DNA of 64,000 nt. Source: Lama guanicoe (Eukaryota). Below, one piece after another: positions 19,163 to 31,300 of the stretch. The position numbers and the translations under genes are program-made. The notes under the pieces were generated by a model, which worked only from the letters and a program-made list of their open reading frames with translations, searched no databases and was not told where the DNA came from. The stretch is taken from contig MU053431.1 in NCBI GenBank assembly GCA_013239625.1, positions 2,134,485 to 2,198,484 of the forward strand, read 5' to 3'. How positions within the stretch are numbered: the stretch's first letter is position 1; each line of letters starts with the position of its first letter.

Positions 19163-22100
19163 GTAAGCGTCTGCTTTTCTCGGGTGGGCCTCACGAACCT
19201 CTCAGAAGTTGCTTGCAGCCTGTCACGCATGGTTGGTCTCTCAGCCAGCCTCCCTCTGTGCCTCTTGGGGCCACCCATCGGGCCCTGCCCTGAGCCACTG
19301 GGTGAGCTGCCTGTGGCTCTCCCTGCAGGTGTGTTTTGAGTGCGGGGCATTCAACCCTCAGTGGGTGAGTGTGACCTACGGCATCTGGATCTGCCTGGAG
19401 TGCTCGGGGAAGCACCGCGGGCTCGGGGTGCACCTCAGGTCAGTGCCCGCCTGCTCCTGCTGCGCCGTGAGCCAGGGCGGGGAGACAGGCCGGGACGGGG
19501 TGATGGGCCAGGGAACGGGCCTGGGTGGGGAGACGGGCCGGGGCGGGCCCCTCACCGGCCAGCTCCACGGGACCACAGTGCACAATTCAAGACTGTTGGG
19601 GGCTCGAGGATGCCCCGTGCTGGTGATGAGGCTGACCCTCTGGTGTGCAGCTTCGTCCGTTCCGTCACTATGGACAAGTGGAAGGACGTGGAGCTGGAGA
19701 AGATGAAAGCCGGTGGGAACGCTAAATTCCGAGAGTTCCTGGAGTCTCAGGAAGACTATGACCCCCGGTGGTCCCTGCAGGAGAAGTACAGCAGCAAGGC
19801 CGCCGCCCTTTTCAGGGACAAGGTGAGGACAGGCCTGCAGGCCCGTCGGCTGCTGCCGCGGTTCTGGGAGTAGAGGCTCCTGACACACCACGGGGGCTGT
19901 GTGCAGCCCCAGGCAGACAGGACCTGCGGCCCCATCTTGTCGCAGCCAGGGGACGCCCATCATTTAGGGGGCAGAGAGTGGGGCCCCAGGCATTTGCGGT
20001 TGGAGCCACACTGACCAAGAACTCACTCGTGCTCTGTCTGTCGTGAGGCCTGGTCTCAGCGTTTAGACTGGGTGGGCCCCTAGCCCGTGGCTGAGCCAAA
20101 GTGGCTGCGTGAGGGGCACGGGGGCGCTAGAGCAGGTGCGCCCACGGCTGCCCCGACGGTTCCCGCGTCCCCTTGGCAGGTGGCCACCCTGGCCGAAGGT
20201 AGAGAATGGTCTCTGGAGTCATCGCCTGCCCAGAACTGGACCCCACCTCAGCCCAGGGCACTGCTGTCCACTGCCCACCGGTAACTTCTCTGGCCTGCTG
20301 GCTGGAGGGTGCTGCTGTCAGCCTGGCCCTGACCCTGACTGTGGCTCAGGGTCCCCGTGCTATTGTGGCAACGATTCGATTGTCAGCTGTTCTAAAGGCA
20401 GAGGGAAAACCAACTTTTTAAGTTCCATATTTAAACTTCCAGTAAAAACTCAACCATTAAGGGCATGTTCAAGGTAGAGCATACCGTCCCCGGTTCCTCA
20501 GCGTAGAGTCTCCAGGTTTGTGCCCACGACACTCAGCAGCTCTGGAGGAATCTGCCTGGCTGGTGGTCTGGTCTGAGGCTTGCCCACCTCCCCAGGGCAC
20601 AGGAACGCAGGGCGGGCTGACCCCATGGAGGTGTCTCGGGTCCTCTGGCACATAGGAGACTCGTGTTCTGGGGGGTTGGCATCAGGAGAGGCTCCCTGTT
20701 TACACCAGGGTTGCCCTGCAGTCCTCCTCCTGTGGCAGGAGTCCCGTCGGGATGTCTCCAGACCACTGCCAATGTGCTTCCTTTGGCCTCGGTCCCTCTG
20801 GCCTCCCTGTGGACGCAGGCAGGCGTGGAGCCGCTGGGGAGCCTGCCCGCCAGGCTGCCTCAACCTCCTCTTGCTCCTTGCCTCCTCTGCTCAGAGGTGG
20901 AGGCCAGCTCAGCCCAGGTGCTAGTGCTTCAGAGGAGCTGGGTGTCATCAGGTGGGCGTGGCAGCACCTCCACGACCATAGCTCCTGCCACGTGTGCCTG
21001 CCCTGTTGGTCTCACCGACTTCTGACTCCGTTTCAGAGCCCCTGGCCAGCCGCAGAGCTCCACCGCTGCCTCCGACAAGGCTTCCGAAGACTGGCTGAGC
21101 GACGGCTCCTGTCGAGGGTCAGGCCTCGGGGGGCGCTGGGGGGCTGGGGGCCTGCATGGACCCAGCTGTGGAGGGTTTGGTCCCTCGGGGCAACGCTGCC
21201 CTGGTGAGGGTGGGCACTGCTGCTGCTTCACAGGTGCGGAGTCGGCAGGCCTCACTGGCCAGCCTGGGTTCGAGTAGGGGCTTGAGTGGAGAGAAACCCC
21301 TTAGAGACGATCACTTCTAGGAACACTTAAGAGGAACAAATGAAAGTAGGTCCCCAGAGCTGTCGGGTTGAGCCACTGTGACGCTCCCTGCGGTCGCTGG
21401 CCGTCAGCTCCGGGTCTCGCTGAGATTCTCAGGCCAAGTGCAGCAGGGGGGCCCCGTCCCCGAGCGCAGGAAAGCCTGACCCCCACGCGGAGGGCCGTGG
21501 GCGCACCTGCACGCCCTCCAGGGGCTCCGTCGGGTCCGGGCGCCCCCACCCCACGGCTCTCGGGAGCATCACGGCTGCTGCTTGTGCCCCCTCCAGGGCC
21601 CAGGAGACCCGCTATGTGGGCTTTGGGAACACCGCGCCACCTCAGAAGAGAGAGGACGACTTCCTCAACAGCGCCATGTCGTCCCTGTACTCGGTGAGGA
21701 CGCTGTGCTGCCCCGTGCCACCCGTGTGCGCCCGGGGGGCCTCCCGCAGCGGGCGCGGCTCCCGTCCCCTTCGGGCCCCTCCCCCTTTCCTCCGCTGACG
21801 CTTCCTGGAGCGCGGCTTGCTCAGTTCCGTTACTCCAGCTGCAAGACACGTAGTTTGGATTTAATGAGGTGCGTTTCCTCCAGAGAATTAATGCCCCGTG
21901 TGGAGAGCCTCCCTGGGCCACTTTGGTTCTGGGTGTCACTCTGTGGCTCTGTCGGTGGCAGAGGTGACAAGCTCAGCCGCACAGGCTGGGCCACCGTCTG
22001 GAGGTGGCTCCTGGTCACACGTGTGCCTTCCCCCCACCCTCGGCCACTCTAGGTCACACCATAATTTTCCAGAGAAACTTCCTTTTTAAAACACGTTCTA

Positions 22101-25100
22101 TTTGTCACAACCTGGTCTACAACGCCGGTAACTGCAGCCCTCCCAAGCGTCTCTGGACGCTGTGCACAGAAAGACGGACGTGCTCTGTGTGCTGAGAGGA
22201 TGGGGTTGAGGGCTGGGGGGCCTGTAGGGGACTGGAGGCTGGGCTGGTCCCAGGCTGTGTGAGCACAGAGCCTCTGGACGGAGCCCAAGGATGGGGTCCA
22301 GACTTGGGCCATGGGAGGTCGCCATCACCACTGCGTACGCTCCTTGAACCACATGTGTCTGTCCCCCAAATGAACGGGCATCTCACTCAGAAAATATTTA
22401 AGCCCCATTTGCCCCTGAAGCGCCTGTAGCTGGATCTGGGGGCTCCTGGGGGAGCGCTGGGGCCCCCAGCGTTGCTCTCCCGGGCGCTCTTTGTGGGTTG
22501 TTGGCCTGAAGCCTGCTGTGAGGAGATTGTCTTCTGGAAACACCCTCCCAGGACCGCAGTGTATTTGTGTCTCCCATCAGAGGGGCCGGTGGGCCAGGCA
22601 GTGGGAGGAGCCGGCTCACCTCAGTGGTGGGGGCTCCACCCTGGGGCCCCGCCCTCCAGCCCTCCTGGTCCAGCCACGTGTGGGGTGGGGACGGTCCCAC
22701 AGCGTCCAGCTGTGTGCGAGGCAGGTGGTGTGGGTCAGAAGAGCACCTTCCATGTTGCTTCCTCTCAGGGCTGGAGCAGTTTCACCACCGGAGCCAGCAG
22801 GTTCGCCTCGGCAGCTAAGGAGGGTGTAAGTAGCCTGTCCCACAACACAGCCACGCGGGCTGGAGGGCTGGGGAGGACGGAGGGTCCTGAAGGGGCTCGG
22901 GCCGCACATCTGTCTGCCCCAGGAAGCCTGGTGAGTGGCCCCTGCCCTGCCCTTGGCTGGTGCCCTGAGACTGGGCGGGTCCTCAAGGCCCCGCGGAGCT
23001 TCTTTGCTGTAATAGTGGGTCTTGTGCTGGCTGCAGAGGAGTCGCTGGCAGGGCCTGGTTGGTTCCAGGAGAAAGAGGTGACAGGGTGGCCTCCACTCGC
23101 CCCGGTGAAGCAGTATTGGCCCTGCAACCCCCCGAGTGTCAGCTCCCGGGTCTCCAGTGCAGTGTAGGCAGTCCGAGTTTCCACTCCCAGCCTTGCCTGC
23201 TCCTTGGCCTAAGGCGAGGGATGACTGGGGATTTTGTCAGGACAGATGAGTGGACACTGGGCAGTGACCTGGGCGAGAGCCGGGCGGGAAGGATCAGGCC
23301 AGAAACCTGTACGAGGATGTCATCCTGGAGGGGAGACTGCAGCCAGCATGGCGTGGTGGTGACAGGAGGGGTGCGAGGAGGGGAGCGCGGAGCAGGGATA
23401 GAAGGCTGCCTGGCAGGCTGACCCAGGGCACACGGGCCCAAGGGAGCCCAGGACAGGAGTTTCTGAAGGCCAGAGCACAGCTGCCCAGCCAGCCAGTGGG
23501 AACCCTGGGGTTGGAGTAGAGTCTGGGGCACATCTCGGGTGTGCCCCAGGGGCCACTGTGCCCGGCGTCGGGCAGCGCCACCCATGCTCCTGAGTCACCT
23601 CTGCCTGTTTTCTCTGAGGTCTTGTCTCCCAAGGGCGCTGCGGTGGGGGGTCCAGGCCTGCTTGTTTTGAGAGTGGCCCGGGTGCCGGGCCAAGGTGAGA
23701 GGCCTGAGTGGACTGGGCTTGTGGGAGGCCTGTGGGCCCCTGCATCCTGGACTGGGGAGGTCAGCGTTAGCCCTGCTCCCTCACACCGGGTGCTGCACGG
23801 GCCCCCCTGCCCTGATGGCCTCCTGGGGGGAGCTGAAATCGTGTGCATCTCTGAGGGCCCCATAGCGCTGCTGTGGGGTGAGCACAGGGCCTCGTGGCCG
23901 TCGGGAGACAGGCCTGGGACTGATCACCTGTCTGTACCCCAGGGAGCGGCAGCCCCAGTGGTCAGCATCAGGACAGTAGACCAGACACCAGGCGTCTCTC
24001 TGTTTTCTTTCAGGCTACGAAATTCGGATCCCACGCAAGTCAGAAGGTAACGAGGGAGGCCTCCATGTTGGTGTGTGAGGCTCCCGGCCGGCCTGCCCTC
24101 CCTGTATGCTCGGGGCCGGGACACTCCTGCAGGCAGCTCGGGCAGGCCCACACATGTGGACTTGTCTCCCAAGCTCCCATGTCACAGGGGTCTCTTCAGG
24201 TGCCTGCGGGTTTAGCAGGTGGAGTAAGGCTGTACCTGCTTAGGGTCTGTGGGGCCAAAGTCGTCACCTGTACCTGGCAGCTGTGGGCCTCTGTACCGTT
24301 TGCCTCATAGGGAGGGAGCAGGCGGTGGCCCCGGGATGGGGAGAGAAGGCTCAGTGTGGCTGAGGCTCTGCTGTGTCTGGGCAGCCCCAGGCGGGGTGAC
24401 CCGGGGCCTCCTGTAGGACACTGGGGCTGAGTCCCGCAGAGACAGGTCCTTGTCCCCAGTTAGCACCCTCTCTTCTTGTGGATGGTGTCTTGGGTCCTGG
24501 TGTTCATCTTTCCAAATCTTGGTGTGCAGCCCCCATGGTCCACATGTGGTGCCAGGCTCAGGCCGGCCCGTCCTCCGGCACTGGGGGTCAGGACTCAGGA
24601 GGGGCAGCCACAGAGGCTGTCCCAGGAGCCCAGGGCCACATGGGCCCCTCGCACCCTGAGGAGGGGTCCCAGCCCCCGCCTGGGAACCTTCTCTGAGCCC
24701 CTACCTCGGGCTCCTGAACCACCCACTTGCGTGGCCCTGGACTTGCAGAGCCAGGACTGGGGGCTCCATGGGGCCCTGCCAGGGTGCGTCCTCTTGTTGC
24801 CAACGCTGCTGCCACCGCCTTGCTCTCTCTCTCTCTCCGTCGTCTCCGCGTGCTGCCTGGGTAAAGTTCTGGGGTTCCAAGCAGCAGCCCGAGCTGGTAA
24901 GGCCGTCCGTACCGCTGCATGCCCCCATCCACGTGGCACGAGCTCTGCTCCCCAACGTCCGCGCTGTGGCCCGTGTCGGTGCTTCCGTGTGCTTGCGCTC
25001 TGATCTGCTGCCGATTTCCGCCTGATCTGTCCGCGGCGCTCGGGCACCCGTGTCGTGGGCAGGAGACATGAGACCGACCCAGGACTTGGGGCTGCTGCTG

Positions 25101-28100
25101 CTGCCGGGGCTGAGGGGCCCGGGTGCTTGGAGCTTCTTGGCGAGATTTTCACTTTGTGGTTTAATTATTTTCAGCGAAATTATCCAAAGGAGTCCTGTCC
25201 AAGTGGCCAGGGCCCCACACTGTGTTGCCTCCCCCAGTCCTGCCCACCCCGACCTGAGCTGCCGGCCGGGCTCATTCCCCCCACCCCCTTTTCTCCAGGC
25301 TCCGGCAGGGCCCTGGAGGGCAGGTGGGCTCGGGACCTGCCCGTCTGTGTCCCGGTGGGGGGTCGTTGTCGGCACACGGGCTGTTCTCACGGGATGGGTC
25401 ACGTGGGCTCCAACGGGGAGACCCTGGAGGTGGCTGCTGGATGGTGTAGGCTCCCAGGGGCTCGCCGCCGTCCCGGCCCCTTGCCAGAGCAGGTGGGCCA
25501 AGGGCGGCAGCCTCTGGCCTGCGCGCATCTGCCCAGGCGCCACCCGCCGTGAGAGCCTGGTGCGTCGTGTGCTGCCGGGCTGCTCGCTGGCCGCTGCTTC
25601 CTATCTGTGCGCAGAGCTCGCAGTGACCGTGCTGCTGTGTCCCAGGATGGACCTGCCGCCAAGCTCACTTGATCTAATGAAGTCTTTTCTTCTGACAGGC
25701 GTCGGAGTTGGGGCATAGTCTGAACGACAGTGTCCTCAAACCCGCCCAGGAGAAGGTAATGCCACGACCCACGGTGCTCCGCCACGTGCTCCTTGCAGCT
25801 CCTGTGGGCTTTTTGGGGGTGGCTGGTGCGGGGGCTTTGCTCCGGGGTGTGGACTCCTGAGGGTGCCCCGTGTTCCCGGCGCCCTGTACTTGTGGGTTCA
25901 TCCCCAGCATTAGCAGCGCCTGGCCTTGCCCTCTGCTGCTGGGTCGGGGAGAGCCCTGTCCCGTGTGGCTGGGTGTGCCCCCTGGCTTCTCGTCCTGGCC
26001 AAAGTGCTCAGAGGAGACCCGGATGGGCTGAGAGAGGCTTTGGGGGGCTGGGACTTAGGGGACAGGGCCAGCTTGTCCTCAGAAGGTTGTGGGTGGCGTC
26101 GAGACCACCCGGGGAAAGTCCGAGTTAGACCAGCCTGGGCTGTGGCCTGGCAGCCCCACTTCCTCTCACTTCTGGGGAGGAGCAGCGTGGCGTGGAGGCA
26201 AGTTCCGTGAGCAGGCGCCAGCGGGCGTGTCCTCTGTCAGGGGCGGGCAGCGGGCCTCTGCCCCTCGGCTGACGGCGCTGTTTCAATCCACCAGGTGAAG
26301 GAGGGAAAGATTTTTGATGATGTGTCCAGTGGGTTCTCTCAGTTGGCATCCAAGGTAGGGCAGCCCCGCCTGACACTTGGGCATAGCTGGAAGCCAGTCT
26401 CCATATTCCAGGGTGCCGGGAACCGCGAGCAGGAAGGGCCCGGGCGCTTCTTGCCCCGGATGGTGTCTGCGGCCTGCGTGGCCTCTGGGACACGAGGAAG
26501 GTCAGGTAGATGCTCCGGTGCCGGTGGCTCGAGGAATCTGGAAACAGCTGGACGGGCACCTGTTACAGCCACTAACCTGTTGCTTCCTTTCTTTCTGTCC
26601 TTGTCTTGCTGCTGCCGACCTCTCCCCGGTGAGTGTGCCGGGGCGGCCTGCCCACCTTCTCTGCCTTAGAGCCACAGTGGGCAGCGCGTCTGTCTGCTTC
26701 CCAGCACGAGGCTCTGCGTGGGGCGGCCGTCCGCCCAGGGAGCCTCGCAGCCACCTGCTGGGGCCACAGCCTCTCGCTGTGCACACGGCGGGCGTCCCGC
26801 CTGCCCCGGGAGACTCCATCCCGGGTGAATGGGCGCGAATTCCAGGTCTTTAGACACTGTGCTCTCGGCGCCAGAGCCGTGGCTGAGCTGCCCCATGTCT
26901 CCTTACAGGTCCAGGGGGTTGGCACTAGGGGATGGCGGGACGTCACCACCTTTTTTTCTGGGAAAGTGGAGGACGCCTCGGACAGGTATGCCGGGCCTCT
27001 CGTCCTGATGTAAGCCCCCCTTTTCTGGTATTCTTCCTTGGGGTCTCTGGGAGGCAGATGTGTCACCCCCAGGGATTCAGAGGTCACAGGGCAGAGGCCC
27101 CCCAAGCCCTTGACCTCTTACTCTGAAGCTCTTCCTTGGACCTGGCAGGAGCTGCCGCTGCCCAGGGCTGGAGAGGGAGGGAGGGTCTCAGGCGGGGAAC
27201 TGGGTGTGGAGACGAGGGGCGGCTGGGCTCTGATCCCACCTCCTGGGGTCTGGAGCGCTCACTGGCCCGCTCGAGGCTGTGCCCGGGCCTTCCTGCTGGA
27301 ATCCCAGTCTGCCTGGCTTTCTGGTTCTCTGACCCCAGGGGGAGCCTGGGATCTGATGGGGGAGATGGCCAGGGGCTGGGCCAGAGCCGTGGCCGCAACT
27401 GCCGTGGCGGTGCCGACGGCCTGCCCTGGGGCCGAGGAGCGTCCCCCTTGCCAGCAGGCAGGGTGCCGCAGTGCTTGCTTGGTCGCCCGCTGTGGGACCG
27501 TGCAGCTGCAGTTCTGGTGAGGGGTTTTCCATCCGGAGCTGACCCTTCACGATGCCGAGGCCAGGTCTCTGGGTTTTCTTTTGCCCTTAATCATCGCAGA
27601 AAACCAAGATCTGCGTGTTTCCCGGATTTCAGCTCTGTAGCTGGGTCTCCTCTGCTTTGGAGCGAGAACAACAGCTCCACGACCCCGCCTGGTGGTGGCC
27701 GAGCATCCTGGGTGGGATCTCAGACTCGGCCTTGAGCCGTCTCTGGGGAGAAGTGGGGAGAAAGCCAGGCGGCTCAGGGCCCCTGCAGCAGCTTTTCTGC
27801 TTTTGTGAGAGCCACTCAGAGGCCCCTTCTCTGTCACAGACTCCCGGAGGGCCAGAGCTACCAGAACAGCGGTGGGGACAACTCCCAGAACACCATTGAT
27901 CAGAGCTTCTGGGAGGCCTTTGGGACCGCTGACCCCGCCAAGGCACACCGGTCCCCGAGCAGCGACAGCTGGACATGCGCGGACGCCTCAGCCGACAAGA
28001 GGAGCTCGGACAGTTGGGACGTGTGGGGCTCGGGCTCCGCGTCCAACAACAAGAACAGCGACAGTGGCGATGGCTGGGAGGCCTGGTGGGGCGGCGGGGA

Positions 28101-28173
28101 GGGCGCAGCCAAGGCCACCAGGAAGGCTGCGCCACCCACGGCGGACGAGGTCTGGGACAACCAGGACTGGTAG
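19103..28173 (+). CDS. ARFGAP1: ADP-ribosylation factor GTPase-activating protein 1, complete, ~412 aa (+10 with microexon)
   Basis: 12 GT-AG exons total 1239 nt in frame; [14 protein letters not shown] start, ArfGAP zinc finger CFEC-x16-CLEC..HR, ALPS amphipathic regions, Trp-rich tail ending WDNQDW*. Confidence 0.97.
19329..19438 (+). CDS. ARFGAP1: ARFGAP1 exon 3 (zinc finger)
   Basis: [36 protein letters not shown]. Confidence 0.96.
19651..19822 (+). CDS. ARFGAP1: ARFGAP1 exon 4
   Basis: [12 protein letters not shown]...AAALFRDK. Confidence 0.96.
20180..20280 (+). CDS. ARFGAP1: ARFGAP1 exon 5
   Basis: [25 protein letters not shown]. Confidence 0.95.
21037..21117 (+). CDS. ARFGAP1: ARFGAP1 exon 6
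   Basis: [26 protein letters not shown], phase 2-2. Confidence 0.88.
21597..21693 (+). CDS. ARFGAP1: ARFGAP1 exon 7
   Basis: [32 protein letters not shown] (start of ALPS1). Confidence 0.95.
22769..22825 (+). CDS. ARFGAP1: ARFGAP1 exon 8
   Basis: [19 protein letters not shown]. Confidence 0.95.
24014..24046 (+). CDS. ARFGAP1: ARFGAP1 exon 9
   Basis: [11 protein letters not shown], 33 nt, cag|...|gtaacg. Confidence 0.92.
24867..24896 (+). CDS. ARFGAP1: ARFGAP1 alternative 30-nt microexon (brain-type isoform)
   Basis: aag|[10 protein letters not shown]|gtaagg, phase 0-0; resembles the 10-residue insert of tissue-specific ArfGAP1 isoforms. Confidence 0.85.
25699..25755 (+). CDS. ARFGAP1: ARFGAP1 exon 10
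   Basis: [19 protein letters not shown]. Confidence 0.95.
26295..26354 (+). CDS. ARFGAP1: ARFGAP1 exon 11
   Basis: [20 protein letters not shown] (ALPS2). Confidence 0.95.
26909..26985 (+). CDS. ARFGAP1: ARFGAP1 exon 12
   Basis: [25 protein letters not shown]; alternative acceptor at 26915. Confidence 0.93.
27840..28173 (+). CDS. ARFGAP1: ARFGAP1 last coding exon
   Basis: [10 protein letters not shown]...SFWEAFG...SWDVWG...WDNQDW*. Confidence 0.95.
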
Positions 28174-28370
28174 GCCCCAGCCCTGCAGCCAGTGCTGTGG
28201 AAGGCAGCCTCGGGCGGGCCCCTGGGCCGTGCCTGCCGGTCGTGTGTCCCTGTGCCCACCCTCCTGGATTCTTGGCAGCCCTGGGCACCTGGGCTGGGCA
28301 CTGTTGAGGACAGGGGTCCATGCTGCTGCGGGGAGCCGGCCGCACCCTGCCGTCGCCCCACGCGCTCAGT

Positions 28371-28376
28371 AATAAA
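28371..28376 (+). terminator. Polyadenylation signal AATAAA (ARFGAP1)
   Basis: Canonical hexamer ~200 nt after the stop, with GT-rich sequence downstream. Confidence 0.7.
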
Positions 28377-31300
28377 CATCCTTCCTGGTGGCACGTGTGG
28401 CCACGCGTCAGTGGCTGAGGCTTGTCTCCCCCGACGCATCCTGGCTTTCTGTTGGTGCTGGCTTTTTTCCTCCTGAGGACGCTCTGGAGCTGCCATCACT
28501 CCTCTCCTGCACTCCACTCCTAAGTCCTGTCTGGGTGCGGCCTGTGCCTCGCGGGCCAGGGTCTGCACTGCCGCCCACCTGCCGTCAGCCCTCCACTAGT
28601 GTCCGCTTGCCAGGCCTCAGCGCCGGGACTTGGCGCCCACAGGGAGGCCCGTGGGCATCCAGGGTGCTCTGGGGCGGGGCGCATCGGTACTTCGAAGCAC
28701 CGGCCGGTCTGGTGGTGCTCTTGGGCCTCAGCCTTCCTCGCAGCCCCAGCCCTGCTGGCGTTGGCTGCGCCTGAGATGCCGGACCCCTGCCCCCCGACTG
28801 TCTCCTCCACAGTTTGGATCTCTGTCGGCCTAGGGCCCAGCTGACTTTGGCCCCTGCGTGTCGGCCCCCTGTTCTTGGGGCCTGGCACTGACAGGTGCCT
28901 GGTCCACCCATCAGCTCTGATGACCTCGGGAGGCATGAGGCTGTGGTCGGTGCCCTGTCCCACACCTGCCTCTGCTGACCCTCCCGTCTGTGAGCCGGGC
29001 TTTGACCTGGTGCTGCGCAGACCTGAGTCCTTTGGGATTTGTGCAGGGCGTCCCCATCCCTGCCCCACTCTGGTGGCCACGGCCCTGCCCAGTGGGCCCC
29101 TCTCCCGCGTGAGGGCTTGTGTGTCAGGCCTGCAGTATGTCCCTGAGGTGGGGGCTGACAGAGGGGCCAGGGTGGGACAGCCCTGCCGTCCATAGCGCTC
29201 CCTTCAGGATGTCCACGCGTGCCTCTGGCTGACTCTGAGGGTCTCAGTCACTGAGCCAGTAGTTGACCCGGATCTGAGGTCAGAGGTCAGGCTCAGGCTG
29301 ACGAGAAGACCCAGGTCAGGCCAAAAGCCAGGGCCGCATTTGGCCAGTTGGGCCCAGAGCTGGGGAGCTCAGGGGAGCCAGGCGCAAGGTGAGCATCCCC
29401 ATCGGGCTGACGTGGTGCCACTGTGGCGTCCCTCGCGTCAGCGCCTGTTCTGGTGGGGGGGTGTGGCCCATCCCGCTGCAGGCTTCAGGGGCATTTGTTC
29501 TGTTGGTTCTGGTCCAGGAGGCCCTGCCCCAGAGTCCACGTTAAGCTGGGAGTGAGCTGCCCTCTGCCCTGGGGCCCTCTTCACCACCAAGTGCAGGGAC
29601 TGGGGCAGAGTGGGAATCTCTGCTCCCCAGGCCCACTTCAGGAGTGCTGGGATGTGGTGGTTTGACTGTCCAGTCCCCCCCCAACCCCGCACAGAGGCGC
29701 TGACGTCACCATAAAAACACCCAGGAACACAGAGTGGTCTGGCTGAACTCCCAACAAAGGTGCAGGCAGGGACCAGGCCAGGTGTGCGGGTTAGAGACCG
29801 CTGGAGGTTCTGGACCTGAGGCTGTGTCTCCGGGTCGGTCTTCCGTGTTGTCCTGTCCGGGGCAGCACTTTGGGGCAGGTGGGCCCAGACTGAACAGGTG
29901 AAGGTGGTTGGGTCTGGGTGCGGAGGCCGGTCTGGGCTGGGTGTGGTTCTGGGTGGGACAGTGCTGGAACCTGTTCTTGGCTGATCCCAGTCACCACCCC
30001 CACCCCACCTGGCTTGTACAGGCCAGGCTGGCCTCCATCTCTCCAGGCAGCTCACCCATCAGCCGTGGAGCTGCCCTCGGCCCCCGAGCTGTGTGTGCTG
30101 CCCACCCAGACTGGGCCTCCTGGCCAGTCTCCACTCCCTGTTTGCCCCAGACTTGGCCAAGGCACCAGGACTGATCAGCAGACACTTCAGGGCAGCCCCT
30201 GGTCAGCTTAGGTCCCTTGTCCAGAACTTTCATGCAACCAGGGACGACCTGTTTTTCCTGGCTGCCCCCTTTACATGTGTCCACTTTCGCTGCCACCCTG
30301 TCCAAAAGTTCCTCCCAGCCAGGTAGCCCTGCCCCGTGGGCCCTATGCCTGTAAGTGCAGATGCTGGCAGCCCTCCTGGGGCCCCACGCCCTGAGCCAGC
30401 CCTGCAGGAAGACGGGGAGCAGAGCTTCCTGGGGACCGTGTGGGTTGGGATTCCTGGGTGGTGGGCGCCCCACCCTCTGCACCTACTCCGGTCCCACCAG
30501 CCGTGCTGCGTGCTGACCCCAGCCGCCAGGTTGCACGGGGTGGGGCTGGCGGCAGCTGCACTGAGGCACGGCTCAGTACTGAGGGTTGGCTGCCCAGGCG
30601 CTCAGAACTGGAGCTCCTGGGGTCCCTCCCCACCGCTGGGGCTGGGGGAAGTGGGGCCTCTGCTCGGGGTTCCCACCTGGACGCTGGGATGAGGGCCATG
30701 ATGGGAGACTTTCACCAGCCAGGACGCCACGGCTGTGCCACTTCCAGAACTCCCAGCGAGGGGCCTGCCTGGCTCTAACCTGTCCTTTCTCAGCTGTGAC
30801 CCAGGGCAGCTCACGCCCTGGCCGAGCCCTGACCCCGCTAGGTCGGCTGCAAGGCCTCGGGTGCTCGCGGGCACAGAGCACCTGTCGGGTTCAGAGACTC
30901 CTGGGCGGGCACATGGGTGGGGGACCAGATGGGGTCCAGCCAAGGGCACTTGCTGACTGGCTCACGTGAGTGGAGGGCAGTTCCTTGGAGCGTGTGGACA
31001 TGCACATGAGTGTCCTGCGTGCCTGTGAGCCATGGACGTGGATTGATGGTGTTAGTTGTAGCCGCTAGACCAGGTGCCCTCTGCTGGCTTCTGCTTGGGT
31101 CTGCAGGGCCCACCTATGTGTCAGGGTGTGGGTCCCAGGACCCCAGCACCCAGCACCCAGTGCAAGGCATCCACCAGCACTGCGGCATCCATAGCATCCA
31201 GCCATGAGTTCACAGGCTTGGGCAGCTCTCGGGCCACAAGTCTCAGACCTCCCTTACTTGAGATGCTCAGGTCAGGAGCATTGACCGCCAGGCAGGATGA

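Noticed and set aside
26870-27393. 14-nt direct repeat gccagagccgtggc flanking ARFGAP1 exon 12
   Set aside because: Single short GC-rich match with no extension; cannot be distinguished from chance
19103-28400. Intronic microRNA in ARFGAP1
   Set aside because: No convincing hairpin recognised by eye; folding not computed
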